The notes under the pieces: generated by a model
What the model was told of the DNA's origin: nothing
Seen by the model: the letters and a program-made list of their open reading frames with translations, nothing else
The model's database searches: none
Program-made: the position numbers and the translations under genes
Part shown: positions 13,761-27,184 of the stretch, piece after piece
Layout of the letters: every line of letters starts with the position of its first letter
How positions within the stretch are numbered: the first letter of the stretch is position 1
Assembly: GCA_012295275.1 (NCBI GenBank)
Contig: CM022668.1
Span: 2,852,001 to 2,916,000 of the forward strand
Length of the DNA stretch: 64,000 bases
Origin: Chrysomallon squamiferum
Taxonomy: Eukaryota; Animalia; Mollusca
Direction of reading: 5' to 3'

Positions 13761-13989
13761 TGCCTTTGTATGTCATACTGTACATTTTGAAGAAGATCTT
13801 AAGTCTCTATGTTCATGAGAGACAGACAGACAGTCAGACACACATACACACTGAATGAAGTACTATCAGTTAAGATCTTTAAGTTACACCAATAAAATAT
13901 TATATTAATTTTATTAAATTCAATAAATAAATAAACACAGTTCCTCTTTTCAAGGAAATAAGACACTCATATAAGAGAGAGACAGACAC

Positions 13990-14063
<74 letters not shown>

Positions 14064-15090
14064 TGAACAAGACAAGAAACCAAACATAAGTAACTGATAA
14101 AAAAGAAACTTACAGATAGAAAAAGACAGACAAACAAAAATAAAAATAAAAATAAATAGACTGAGATATGAATTTTTAATTTTTTAATATTTTTGAAACA
14201 GTTTCCATGGAGAGAGAAGAAACAAAGACACAGATAAAGAAAAATCCATGTACTTCACACAAAAAAAAAAAAGGAAATCAAAACTAGGTTAATTTTTTAA
14301 ATAATCAAAACCATCAAACTAAGTTGTCTGCTACAACTGTCAGGTGAGGATCATGTGGTGTTAGAGCAGGGAATTCTGGGATATCCTGCTGCTGACAAAA
14401 ACAGAATATTAATAGGAAAACATGACATCTAGATTAATAACAATCTTAGCCAGTTGTTCTTTTGTTGTTTTTTTTTCCTCTCAAATTATGAACAGACTGA
14501 TTTTAGATTATGAACCAGTTTTTTTCTGTCAGGTAGACATTCTTGGGAGGCTTTATTTGTTTACTTATTGATTATCATTATAGCTGGATTTTATATATTT
14601 TTTATTATTTTGTTTTTTTTGGTTTTTAAGTATCAAAAACTTGATTTTGAATATATCAGATTTGTTTGATTAAAGTTTAACACAATCAGCTGATTTATTT
14701 ATTTTTTTTTTTTTTTTGCTTATTTAATTATTTATATATTTACATACTTATTTATTTATTTATTTGTATTCTATTTTTTTATTTTATTAATTTATTTATC
14801 TATTCATTTAGCTATATCATTGTATGCATTATGTTATTACTGTGTATATTTATTTATTTTGACAGTGTGCCATTTTTAATTTAATTTATTTACTTTATTT
14901 TACTTAACATTTTATTAGCTTATTATTTATTAATTATTTTTAAATTGTAAATAAATAAATAAATAAATAAATAAATGAACAAACAAACAAAAAAAAAAAA
15001 AAGAAAGTGAAACAATGAACTAAGCTATGTACTCTAATAAGTCTATAAAAGAAAACCCCATCTTGTTTGTGCATGTGTATTTGTAATAAA

Positions 15091-15159
<69 letters not shown>

Positions 15160-15988
15160 TAAAGATAGAACATATCTGTCTATCTATGTTGTATACAGTT
15201 TTTAACATACTGATGAAACTATACAGATCTGTATTGATTGCTTGTAAAACTAAGAGAGAGAGAAGAGTTTGTCACTACAAGACTACTGCAACATTTAACT
15301 TTGATATGTTTGTGTGACAAAACAGCTTCTTGTAGTAAAACTGATTTCTCTCTTTTCTCTCTGGTTTGTGTGTCTGTGTGTATGTGTGTAGGCATGTGTG
15401 TGTATGTATGTGTGTATATGTATATATGCATGTTAGTATGTGTGTTAGCATATGTATGTATATGTATGTTAGTATATGTGTGTGTTTGTATGTGTATGTA
15501 TGTGTGTGTATGTATGTGTGTGTATGTGTATGTGTGTATGTGGATGTGTGTATATATCAAGTATTAAAATGTTTTTAACTTTGATGATAAAATAATTTTA
15601 AAAAAAATCTATAAAAGCAGGCAAATTATGTACTTATAATATTTCTTACATAGAACAAAACACTTACAAACACACACACACACACACACACACAACACAG
15701 AATATTAAAACACATCACTGTTTCTCTGTGTTGCATGGTTTACTGTTCTGTGTCTATTTTTAGAACGATGCACTCCTACAAATTTACAACCACCAAGTGA
15801 AAAGTTCATTATTCTCACAGCAGAAACCGGAAAAGTGTTTTACCTGTTCAAAAAGCCATTTGTCAGCAATCAAAGACAGGTAACAAATTCATTTCCTGTT
15901 TTTCAGGTATGCACAGAAAGGTAACATGTTGATTTTTTTAATTTCTTTTTTTAATTTTTTTTACATCAAAATATTATTATTATTATTA

Positions 15989-16050
<62 letters not shown>

Positions 16051-17334
16051 TGATTTATTTTATTTATTTCTTTTGAAATCATAAACTCGTTAAAATGATC
16101 ATTTTTTTTCTTCATATTTTTTATTAGTATTTTTTTTTAATCTTTTATTTTCTTTAATTGTTTTTGTCCTTTTTTTTATTTTTTTAATTTAATTTTAAAC
16201 TTTCGTAATTTCTTAATTTATTTATTTATTTATTTTCTTCAAGATTAACTGAAAAATAATAAGTACAGTTTTAAAATTTAAACAAAAATAAATAAAATAA
16301 TTGTTAATACTTAAAGTAAAGATGACAATCTTTCAAGGAAACATTTAGGAAAAGAAAAAAAAGAAGAAAAACGATTAAGTATCATAAAATAATTCTCAGA
16401 GTTTTCCTGTCGTTTATCAAATGATAATTGGAATCTGCAGTGTGCCTAATAGCACGAAACAAGCACAACTACTTCCTGCTATTAAATTTCTCTTAAAAAA
16501 TAAATACAGCAACATAAAATATAAAACAACTTAAAAAAATAAATACAGCAACATAAAACATAAAACAACTTAAAAAATAATTAATTATTAATGATTTGAT
16601 TTTTTTAGCAACCATCCTAGTCATAAAAACAATAACAACAAAAATAATAATAAGAAGAAGAACAATATCAACAACAACAACAACAACAGAATGAATAAAT
16701 AAACAAAAATTTAATGATTAAAACCTGAAAAAAGAATATTTAAAACAAATGGAAGAAAAAGATAATGTCAGTGTAACAAATTTTATATCTGAATTTGTTT
16801 TTTTATCTGGTAATATGAAACAAACAAACAAAAAAATCAATAATTAAATAAAGAAATAAAAAAAAAATAAAATAAAATAAAAATAAATAAATGATGAAAG
16901 TAAACACATATTCTGGTTTTTTAATCATCTCTCTTAGCAAGTGAAATCATTCTGACACACACAGACACACAGACACACACACACAGACACACAGACACAG
17001 ACACACACAGACACACACACACACAGACACAGACACACACACACACACCACTTGTTTCTAAAACTTCATCTGGTTCAGATGTTCTTGATTTGAAATCTGT
17101 CATGTAGTTAATACTTTCTTGTTTTCTCATTTTTCAACTTCTCAGCTAACAGAACAATTAGTCTGACTCTCATTCATTTTTATTACCATTTACCATACGT
17201 TCTCTTTCTCATTTCTTTAAACTACCAGCCTTGAAGACAATACTATTGTGTGTGCTCTTCATGTTTCATAACTTCTAGTGTGTGCTCTTCATGTTTCATA
17301 ACCTCTACATTTATAAACAGACTCATCTAAAATT

Positions 17335-17970
17335 CCCATACATTTTTATCACAATATGTCATTTGGTTAGTAGCATATTTCTAAATTTATGCTGACAAAC
17401 ATGTTTTTTTTTTTACCGTTCCCATGCATTTTTATTACAGTTTGTCATATAGATAGTACTATTTTCTTTTTCTTTTTAATATTCTGTTGACAAATGAATT
17501 TATTTTGAGGTTCACATACATATTTATTACAATCTGTCATATGGTTAGCAGTATATTGTGAAATCTATGCTGACAAACATATGTTTTGGATATTTTTATT
17601 ACAGTTTCTCATACAGCTAGTACTATTTATTTATTTATAATATTCTGTTGACAAATGAATTTATTTAAAGGTTCACATACATATTTATTACAATTTGTCA
17701 TTTTCTTAGTAGTATATTTTCAAATTTAAGCTGACAAACATACTTTTCGTACATTTTTATTGCAACTTGTCATACACCTAGTACTATTTCATTTTTATTT
17801 TTAATATTCTGTTGACAAATGAATTTATTTTGAGGTTCACATACATATTTATTACAATTTGTCATACAGCTACTACTATTTTACTTTTATTTTTAATACT
17901 GTGTTGACAAATGGATTTATTTCCAGGTTCCCACACATCTTTATCAGGATCAGTCGCACAGCAAGTAGTA
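17335..17970. repeat. Higher-order tandem repeat (alternating ~75-bp and ~90-bp related subunits, ~165-bp dimer)
   Basis: Alternation of ...gctgacaaacat... and ...gttgacaaatgaatttattttgaggttcacatacat... units, each starting tttattacaa/gtttgtcat. Confidence 0.9.
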
Positions 17971-18261
17971 CCAGTAATACCCTCACTTCCTGTGCTGACA
18001 GACAGACAGACGTTTTAACACATGCTTAATCAACGCGGCCATTACAGCCACGCAAGTCAAACAAGCATGAAAGAGAAACTCTTCTTCAGAAGTCTGCTGA
18101 CATTCAAAGACATCAGTTGGAACTGGAACCAAACCCACTCGTTTCTGTTGACATGTTAATGGTAGGAAACAAACAGACATTTCCCATACTGTTAATTCAA
18201 AACCTTTAATCTCTGTCCATTTGCCTTCACTGTGACCTGTCTCATTTTGACGACTTTCTCC

Positions 18262-18525
18262 AGATAGGGCTGCACTGTTTCAAGATAGGCCTGCACCATT
18301 TCAAAATAGGACTGCACCGTTTCAAGATAGGACTGTACCATTTCAAGATAGGCCTTGTGCCGTTTCAAGATAGCCCAGCCCAGGTTCCAGCAGCCCCCTA
18401 CCACTTTCGTGTCAGACCCACATGCCCACGAGATAGGGCTGAACAATTTGGAGATAGGCTAGAACAATTTAAAGACGGCCCTGCACTGTTTGAAGATAGC
18501 CCAGCCCTGTTTGGAGATAGGCTAT
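18262..18525 (+). repeat. GC-rich 21-bp repeat (GATAGGxCTGCACxxTTTCAA), ~11 units in two blocks; possibly coding
   Basis: Unit length is a codon multiple. The + frame gives DRxxxFQ heptads with a single 1-nt insertion near 18355. Confidence 0.85.
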
Positions 18526-18728
18526 CAGTCAGACAGCCGAACTCCTGATAGTTTAACCCATTTGGCAAACGCTGCTCTCTGATTTGGGACGTCTGTGAGA
18601 AACATTAAAATGTCAGGGTAGTCGTTTTACAAGAGGCACCAAGTGCAGTGTTTTTTTTCATTTCCTCAAAGATGTTCTATCCTTTTCAGCAGCTGACATT
18701 TTTATACCTACACACCATTTATAGTACA

Positions 18729-18763
<35 letters not shown>

Positions 18764-18782
18764 GTCTCTCTCTCTCTCTCTC

Positions 18783-18836
<54 letters not shown>

Positions 18837-18840
18837 CCTC

Positions 18841-18873
<33 letters not shown>

Positions 18874-19153
18874 GTGACAACAATAACCTACTTAAACTCC
18901 AGCAGATATTAACAGTAAAAATAAAATAATCTAAAACCAGCACTGACAAATATTTAAAACAAACAAACAAACAAACAAACAAACAAACAAACAAGCAAAT
19001 AAATCAAAAACCCAAATCCTTATTTCTTTTTTCCCAGAAAAAAAACAAATATTTTAAAACAAAATAAAAAAAGGCAAAGCTTTAAAACAGACAAAATGTT
19101 GGAAATAGCCTGTGGATACAAAGCAAAATAATTTCTCTCCCTTTTCTTAATAT

Positions 19154-19190
<37 letters not shown>

Positions 19191-19528
19191 TCTGAAGTAA
19201 AGAGATAAAACACTGAGACAGACATTCTCTGTCATCCATCCATCCATCTGTCCCTTTGTTTGATCTCTGACACTGGTTAATGGAGCGTACTGGTCATGAA
19301 CACAACATCAGCTGGTGCTGCCAGAGTGCAGGGTGGAAAACACATTGCAGAAGTAAAGAGGTGATGTTTCCCTGCACAAACGTTTGTGTGTTAAACTGCG
19401 CTGTGATGATGTAGTCGAACACAAACCCCCATCTTTCATCTTTATTGGAAATGTGTAGCAGGTGCAGGCAGCCATAGCGTTGCAGTTGTTGTTGTAGTTG
19501 TTGTTGTTGCAACTGTTATTATTTTTCT

Positions 19529-19576
<48 letters not shown>

Positions 19577-19687
19577 TTGTTATAATTATTATTATTATTA
19601 TTACATTAGATGTTTTAAAAAGTAAATAACTAAAATAGAATGAAAAAAAATAAATAATAAAGACAAAAAAAACATGGAAAGCAGGAG

Positions 19688-19724
<37 letters not shown>

Positions 19725-20000
19725 TTTAATAATAATAAACAATAACAAAATAACAATATTAAGAATAATAATAATAAAATAACAATACCAAAAACAATCA
19801 TAAGTCATAATAATAAAAAGAACAACAAAAACAACAATAATAATGACAAAAAACAATGATAATAATAACAAAAATGATAACAGCATTAACAAAATATAAT
19901 TAAAAATTAAAATTAAAATTAAAAAAAAATATTAAATTTATATTATCGTGCATTTTTGTTTCACTTTTAGTTTTTCTCTCACTTTCAAAGTGTTGAGTTA

Positions 20001-20067
20001 ACGTTTGTAAACATAGGTGTGTCTGTGTGTGGTTGTTTACACAGAACACACAAATGTTTACAAACGT
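20001..20067. other. 67-nt fold-back hairpin (pre-miRNA-sized) in unique sequence
   Basis: 14-bp perfect outer stem ACGTTTGTAAACAT/ATGTTTACAAACGT, then GTGTGT/ACACAC and CTGTGT/ACACAG; 10-nt loop. Confidence 0.6.
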
Positions 20068-20397
20068 AAACACTCCACTGTCGTCCAGTGTCAGTCAGAT
20101 CTGACACCCCTGCTGTCAGGTGATAAAGAGTAGTTTCTAAAAATAGATTATTTTTATTTTTAATTTTTCGTTCTGCTGATGCTGATGAGCAAAGAAAATA
20201 TGAATTTATTTTCAGTTCCGTTGAGGTGCGATTTTATTCACTGTGATAATTTTAAAAGAAATAAATTGTTTTAGTAATTCCAGTACATACTGGATATATT
20301 GTTGATAATATTATCTATCATCGGGTATTTACTACATTTGAATAAGTTTATTTGTACATTGCTTATTTCTTGTACTGCATTAGACATTAGTTTATGT

Positions 20398-20740
20398 TAT
20401 AGTATAGTATAGTGTAGTGTAATAAATATAGCATAGTTATAGTATGGTGTAGTACCGTATAGTAGATTATAGTATTTTTCTGGTACAGTACAACATTATA
20501 ATATAGTACAGTATAGTATATTATATTATAGTATAGTACAGTACAGTATGGTATAGTATGGTGTTGTATGGTATAGTACAGTATAGCATAATGTTGTCTT
20601 GTATAGTGTGTAGTAAAGCATAGTATAGTATAGTAGAATAGAAAAGAGTAGAGTACACTGTAGTACAGTATAACAGTGTAGTCTTGCATAGTGTATCATA
20701 GTACAGAATAGTACAGAATAGTATAGAATGGTATAGTATA
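20398..20740. repeat. Degenerate (TAGTA/CAGTA)n pentanucleotide tract
   Basis: Direct observation. Confidence 0.9.
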
Positions 20741-20958
20741 CAAACTGGTTGGAACTGGAGAAAAGAGGAACTATCTAGATAAAAGAAAACAAGTCATGTG
20801 ACTACACATACTCTAGCAGAAGCTGATACTCAGCAAGGAAAGGTTTTGCCTCAGCCACAATACTACACTATCACTGCAAGAAGCAGACTCAACAACAACA
20901 ACAACAGCAGCGAAATGAAACCCAACAACAACAGCATCATGAGTGAGGGCAGACAGAT

Positions 20959-20989
<31 letters not shown>

Positions 20990-22012
20990 GCTAATGTTAT
21001 TTGCAGATGTCAACCTATAAATAGGGGAGATATATGCATACTGGTTTTGAAAAAATGTTGAAAATTTGCCAGAATATTGAAGAAAAAAAAAAAGAGAGAG
21101 AGAGAGAGATAAAGAAAGAAAGAAAAAAAAAAAAAAAAAAAGATAAGGCCAGGTCATCAAGGAAAGAAGTGTTTTTGTCGTTACGATCTTTTCAGAGAAC
21201 TTTGTGGTATAAAACACCATAATGGAGTTACAAATGTGGTGTAAAATACCATGACTCTCATCAGATTTTGTGTAAAATTCCACGACCACAACTATAGATT
21301 TACAGAAAAAAATAAAAAAGTGACACAAATTATGACAAAGATTTATAAAAATAGCATGACTTTGATGTGAATATCATGTCTGATGCCATGATTAGGATCT
21401 AAGATTGATAAAAAAAAAAAATAAAATAAAAAAATAAATAAATAAAAAAATGCCACAGCTATAGTTTAGGTTTAAGGAAAAATACCACAACAATGAAAAT
21501 GCCCATATCACCGTATTACACAACACCATATCTAAAATCTAGGAGTAACATATAGTTTTATGACTGTCATGTCTAGTATTATTTAACACACACTATTATG
21601 CAAGTTTGATGTATGGCATTATAATTATGGTGTAAGTTTTACACACACACAAAAACTACGGTTATAATGAATATTGTAAAGGTTTGATATCAAATAGCTC
21701 AACTACGGTGTAGGTATTGTGCAGAATGCCATGACCTGGTTCAGTTCATTCTTTTGATGAAACTTCCTGGGTGACTTTTACACCTGTACTCAGGTGATAT
21801 TTTCTAACAGGAAACTTTTTATCAGCGGATGTGCTCCTGTCTTTATCTCTTTCCCCTGTTTCCAGAACGGAAAATGTATTCCTGTCCTTTTAGATAAAAA
21901 TATTTACTTGTTTAATTCTTTATTTATTTGAAAATTACAGTTTGTTATACTACTACTACTACTACTACTACTGATTATGATGATGATGATGATAATGATG
22001 ATGATAATAATA

Positions 22013-22049
<37 letters not shown>

Positions 22050-22379
22050 GTAATAATAATATACTTAAAAATAATAATAAAAATAATGTTGATGGCAATG
22101 AAAATGATAATGATGAATGAACATGATGATAATGATGATGATGATAATAATAATATATATATATAGTAATTCTAGTAAATCTATAAATCTGGAGTATTAT
22201 TTGTAGGTGACTGTGTCACCTTGGTCTCTGGATCAGTGAGTTATGTGAAAGAACCGCAAAGTATATGGGTGAAATATCATACCCAGTGTAAAATAAGCCA
22301 GTTATCAAATATGTTGTCTTGACCATCTTCAAAATATTCATTTCAGTATTACTGTCACAATGGAATGTGATGTTATGTC

Positions 22380-22840
22380 GATAAGGGGTCCAACGAATTA
22401 TGTCAAACAACAGCAAAGAAGCTACAAACACTACCACAAAAATAATCACTGCCAAATGAACAGCAACCATCATTATAATGATAAGGGGGTCCAGGGAATT
22501 ACCTCAAACAACTGCAAACAAGTTACAGATGCTATTATAAGAACAATCACTTATAAATGGTCTGAAGTTATTTGACGATAAGGGGGTCCAGCGAATTATC
22601 TAAAGTAACTGCAAATAGACAAATACTACTATACAAGATCAATAAAATATTCATGATCAGTGGTTGAACTAATAAAGATAGGGGGTCCAGGGAATTATCT
22701 CAAATAACTGCAAAATGACAAATACTACTGCAAGATCTGTTATTGAAGATTGCTAATAGGTGGTGCTAAGGGATTAACTATAATGACTGCAAAGAGGCTT
22801 CAAACACTACAAAAAACAACAACCCAAAACAATCACTGGT
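22380..22840. repeat. ~100-bp degenerate tandem repeat with conserved 38-bp head
   Basis: GATAAGGGGGTCCAGGGAATTATCTCAAACAACTGCAAA-like heads at 22380, 22480, 22577 and 22677, with a decayed copy near 22760. Confidence 0.9.
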
Positions 22841-22974
22841 GATTTAATGTAATGAACAAAAGTAAAAAGTTGGCTGTGGTTAAAATTTCTTGCCTTAGGA
22901 TCAATTCCTATTTGTGGTCATGTGAAACACATAAATAACTACAAACTGCATCTGAAAACTTGATTGATTGAGAG

Positions 22975-23878
<904 letters not shown>

Positions 23879-24184
23879 AAGGAAATAAAATTCAGAAAGA
23901 GCAGAATAACACAAACAGACAGGAAGGAAAAGAGTGAAGACAGAAAGAGGAAGAAATAAAGACAATGTGAGTCTGTCTATATATAGCTTTTTCCTCTTGA
24001 ACATCTGATGAGGGTCGCATAACATTCTTATTACCCAGCAGCCCGTGAGATACTGTTTGTATGTTTATACTCACAGAGATACACGACTAACTCAAGACAG
24101 ATCAGTGTATCAGGTTACTTAAGTGTTAACAAATAACATTTTGTTTCTTCTTTCATCGTAAACAACCAAAACAACTACAAGAAA

Positions 24185-24215
24185 TGACCCGAAGGTCACG
24201 AGGTCAGCGAGGTCG
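24185..24215 (+). promoter_or_regulatory. Nuclear-receptor response-element array (ER2 + perfect DR2 + imperfect DR3)
   Basis: TGACCC-ga-AGGTCA-cg-AGGTCA-gcg-AGGTCG in a CpG-retaining unique island. Confidence 0.5.
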
Positions 24216-25280
24216 CGAAAATCATCTCTGTTTTATGTGCTGTTCGCTGAAGCATGGAGCAGATCGCAATGCGTGATTGGATAAAACATTTCTTGTTGGG
24301 GTTTTTATTTACAACAAAAAACAAGTCACGTTTCTCCTTAACACAAACGAGTTTGCTGAAGAAAACAGATCTTAAAGAGACCAGGTTAAAGTATTAAAAT
24401 TTTGTAATGAACTCAAGTTTTACAGGTAGTTTGATAAAAGATTAAAATTAAGTATTCTTCTGTCTTCTTGGATGAAATGGTTGAAAGTATTTTTTGAATG
24501 TCCAATAGATGCAGTTTTGGTGTGTTTGTTTTTGAAAGGTAGAAAATGAATGTTTGTATGTTTGTATGTATGTGTGTGGTTATGTGTCTCTGTTTGTGTG
24601 TGTGAGAGTGTGTATGTATGTGTGTGTATGTATGTATCTGTGTATGTCTGAGTGTGTGTGTGTGTGTTTAATATGGTATAAATTATACACAGTTTAAACT
24701 GAATTCATTTTAATCTAAACACAGTTTAATTCAATCTCTGCAGCTGTATACAAAACTAAAATTAAAAAAATTATGTATTATCTGACAATATCCGACAGTA
24801 TCCGACACCTGCAATGATACGTCATTTCCTCCACCCCCACATCCCCCCAGAGATAAAACCTCAAACACAAAACAGATTTTATATCCGAGTCAAACATGTC
24901 ACCATGATTAATCTGCCTGTCAGTTTACTGGAGTGAAATTAATATTTGCATGAAACAAGAACTCAGTGAAAAGTTCAGTGCTGATGTTTATGTGGTAAAT
25001 ACAGCATTTTGTACAGTCATGAAGTTAGAGAAGAAACCTGAATCATCTGTCCAATAAAATAATTTATTTTTGATTTAAATTTTTTTTTTTTTTTTTTTTT
25101 TTTATCTTATTTAACATCAGTTCTCAACCTTTCAGAATACTTCTAAATGCTCAGCCAAATGTAACTTTTATTTTTCTATAATCTGACAGTTTATAATTTT
25201 TCTAAATACTCTTAAACATCACTCAGAATTTCATAATAACAGGACTGAAATGTTTGTATCACAGTCTCGGATTTTACTAG

Positions 25281-25370
25281 TTGCAGAACTCTGGTTGGAA
25301 CTGGTAATCAGGCCAGTGGAGACTGGAGGTAAGGTTTGATCCTGCTATGATTCACACAGGAGATGAGTGC
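25281..25370 (-). mobile_element. Probable fragment of the same SINE-like family
   Basis: ctctggttggaactgg...ggtttgatcctg...atgagtgct; the same ctctggttggaa...atgagcactct pattern occurs at 50686-50760. Confidence 0.35.
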
Positions 25371-25436
25371 TGTATTTAATCTGTGTTTCTGTGAAGTTAA
25401 CGGAGAAGAGATCTAAATGTAAAATTGTCAGGAAAC

Positions 25437-25480
25437 ACTTACCTACACGTCGTAAAGAAAAAAACAACAACAAAAACACA
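25437..25480 (-). other. Second candidate recursive splice site; AG|GT junction between 25443 and 25442
   Basis: Minus strand reads tgtgtttttgttgttgtttttttctttacgacgtgTAG|GTAAGTg: T-rich tract, TAG acceptor, perfect GTAAGT donor. Confidence 0.4.
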
Positions 25481-25643
25481 TTCAGGAAACTGTTAACTGG
25501 ATATAAGTGTCAGTGTCAGACAGAGATACTGTGATATGTTTATTACCTGATTTTTGTAGATATCCTTAAATTTAAACATTCCTTAGATATTACACCTATC
25601 TTTAAGCTTCAAAAACATTTTGAATCAAAAGTATCTCTTTCTG

Positions 25644-25684
<41 letters not shown>

Positions 25685-25720
25685 CTCAATCTCTCAGTCT
25701 CTCTCATTCTCTCTCTCTCA

Positions 25721-25805
<85 letters not shown>

Positions 25806-26369
25806 GTCTGATCATAAACATAAAATTGTTTCCTATGGCTTATCACCCAAGTGAATTAACAGTATTTTAAAAAAACGAACAAACATTTTATATAATAAAT
25901 ATCACATTAAAGAACAATATGATCTGACTACTGATGATAATGATGATGATAATTATGACAATATAATAACACTAATTACAACAACAGTGACAGAAGAAGA
26001 AGTACTAACAATAATGATAAAGATGATAACAAAAATCAAAACAATAATAAATGATGATGATAATGAACATAAGATTTCATCTTACAATATTCTAGATTCA
26101 AAATTTGAAAAATAAATAAATTAGTTATTTATTAAAATAACTGTTTCTTGGAATATACAGAAACAAGAAAGTAAGTAAAATAGATAAACAGTATTCATTT
26201 AGTGACTAACAAATGCTGTGAACTGAAAACTAAAAACAGTTAGTAAAGAAAATTGTATATTTTCATTTTTTTTATAAAAGAATATTAAATGATAGTTAAA
26301 AAAACAAAAGTGTTCCAAAAAAAAATAATCAACAAAAAAACAAAAAAAAAAAAAAAAAAAATAAAAAAA

Positions 26370-26417
<48 letters not shown>

Positions 26418-26533
26418 AAATAATTTAAAAAAAAAAAAAAAAAAATAAAAATAAAAATAAAAATAAGGAAGATTAAAGGTGACCAGTATTAAAGAAAGAC
26501 ACACAAAGTCGAGTATGATAAATCACTGCTATA

Positions 26534-26893
26534 TGTGACCCTGCACAACAAAACAAGTATCACGTCACATTTTTGAAGTATTGAGTTATATAAATAGTCT
26601 TATTCCTTTTGTTATCAGCTTCATTTTGATATCACACTTTGATTTATTACAAAGATAAGTCTAGTCAAATATCACCAATCCGAAAAAAAAATCTTAATAA
26701 ATTCTGACTGATGTCTTTTGTTACAAAAACATCCCTGACATTTCAGAAAAGTAATTATTTTTCTCTATTTCAGATGTTAGATTAGTATTTATCTTGCCTT
26801 TTCCATCAAAATCTTAAATGTGACATGACTTTTTCAGTACTAGATCAAAAGTCAGTACTGGACGTAAGACTTGTTTTGATGTATAGGGTCACA
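26534..26893. mobile_element. 360-bp non-autonomous DNA transposon (MITE) with ~33-bp imperfect TIRs
   Basis: Left end TGTGACCCTGCACAACAAAACAAGTATCACGTC; reverse complement of right end TGTGACCCTATACATCAAAACAAGTCTTACGTC. Left flank TA, right flank TC (possibly a decayed TA TSD). No ORF. Confidence 0.85.
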
Positions 26894-26999
26894 TCTGCTT
26901 TTCAACACATTGTGTGTTACATTGTATGGTACTGCTACAATCATTTTTTAACAACAAATATCATTACGACTGCACTAAATATATCATTTAAAGTAGTAA

Positions 27000-27052
<53 letters not shown>

Positions 27053-27067
27053 TAATAACAAAAATAG

Positions 27068-27098
<31 letters not shown>

Positions 27099-27141
27099 AA
27101 TAAAAATAATAATATAATAGTAAGAATAATAACAAAAATAG

Positions 27142-27184
<43 letters not shown>

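Noticed and set aside
18192-18446. Apolipoprotein-like minus-strand ORF (VQPYLE)
   Set aside because: The resemblance is a few residues produced by a 21-bp repeat, and the equivalent frame in the second repeat block has a stop.
19294-19512. 72-aa minus-strand ORF
   Set aside because: It starts in a (CAA)n repeat, has no recognisable homology and lacks convincing splice boundaries.
22380-22840. CRISPR array
   Set aside because: Spacers are mutually homologous, repeats are degenerate, there are no cas genes, and the context is eukaryotic.
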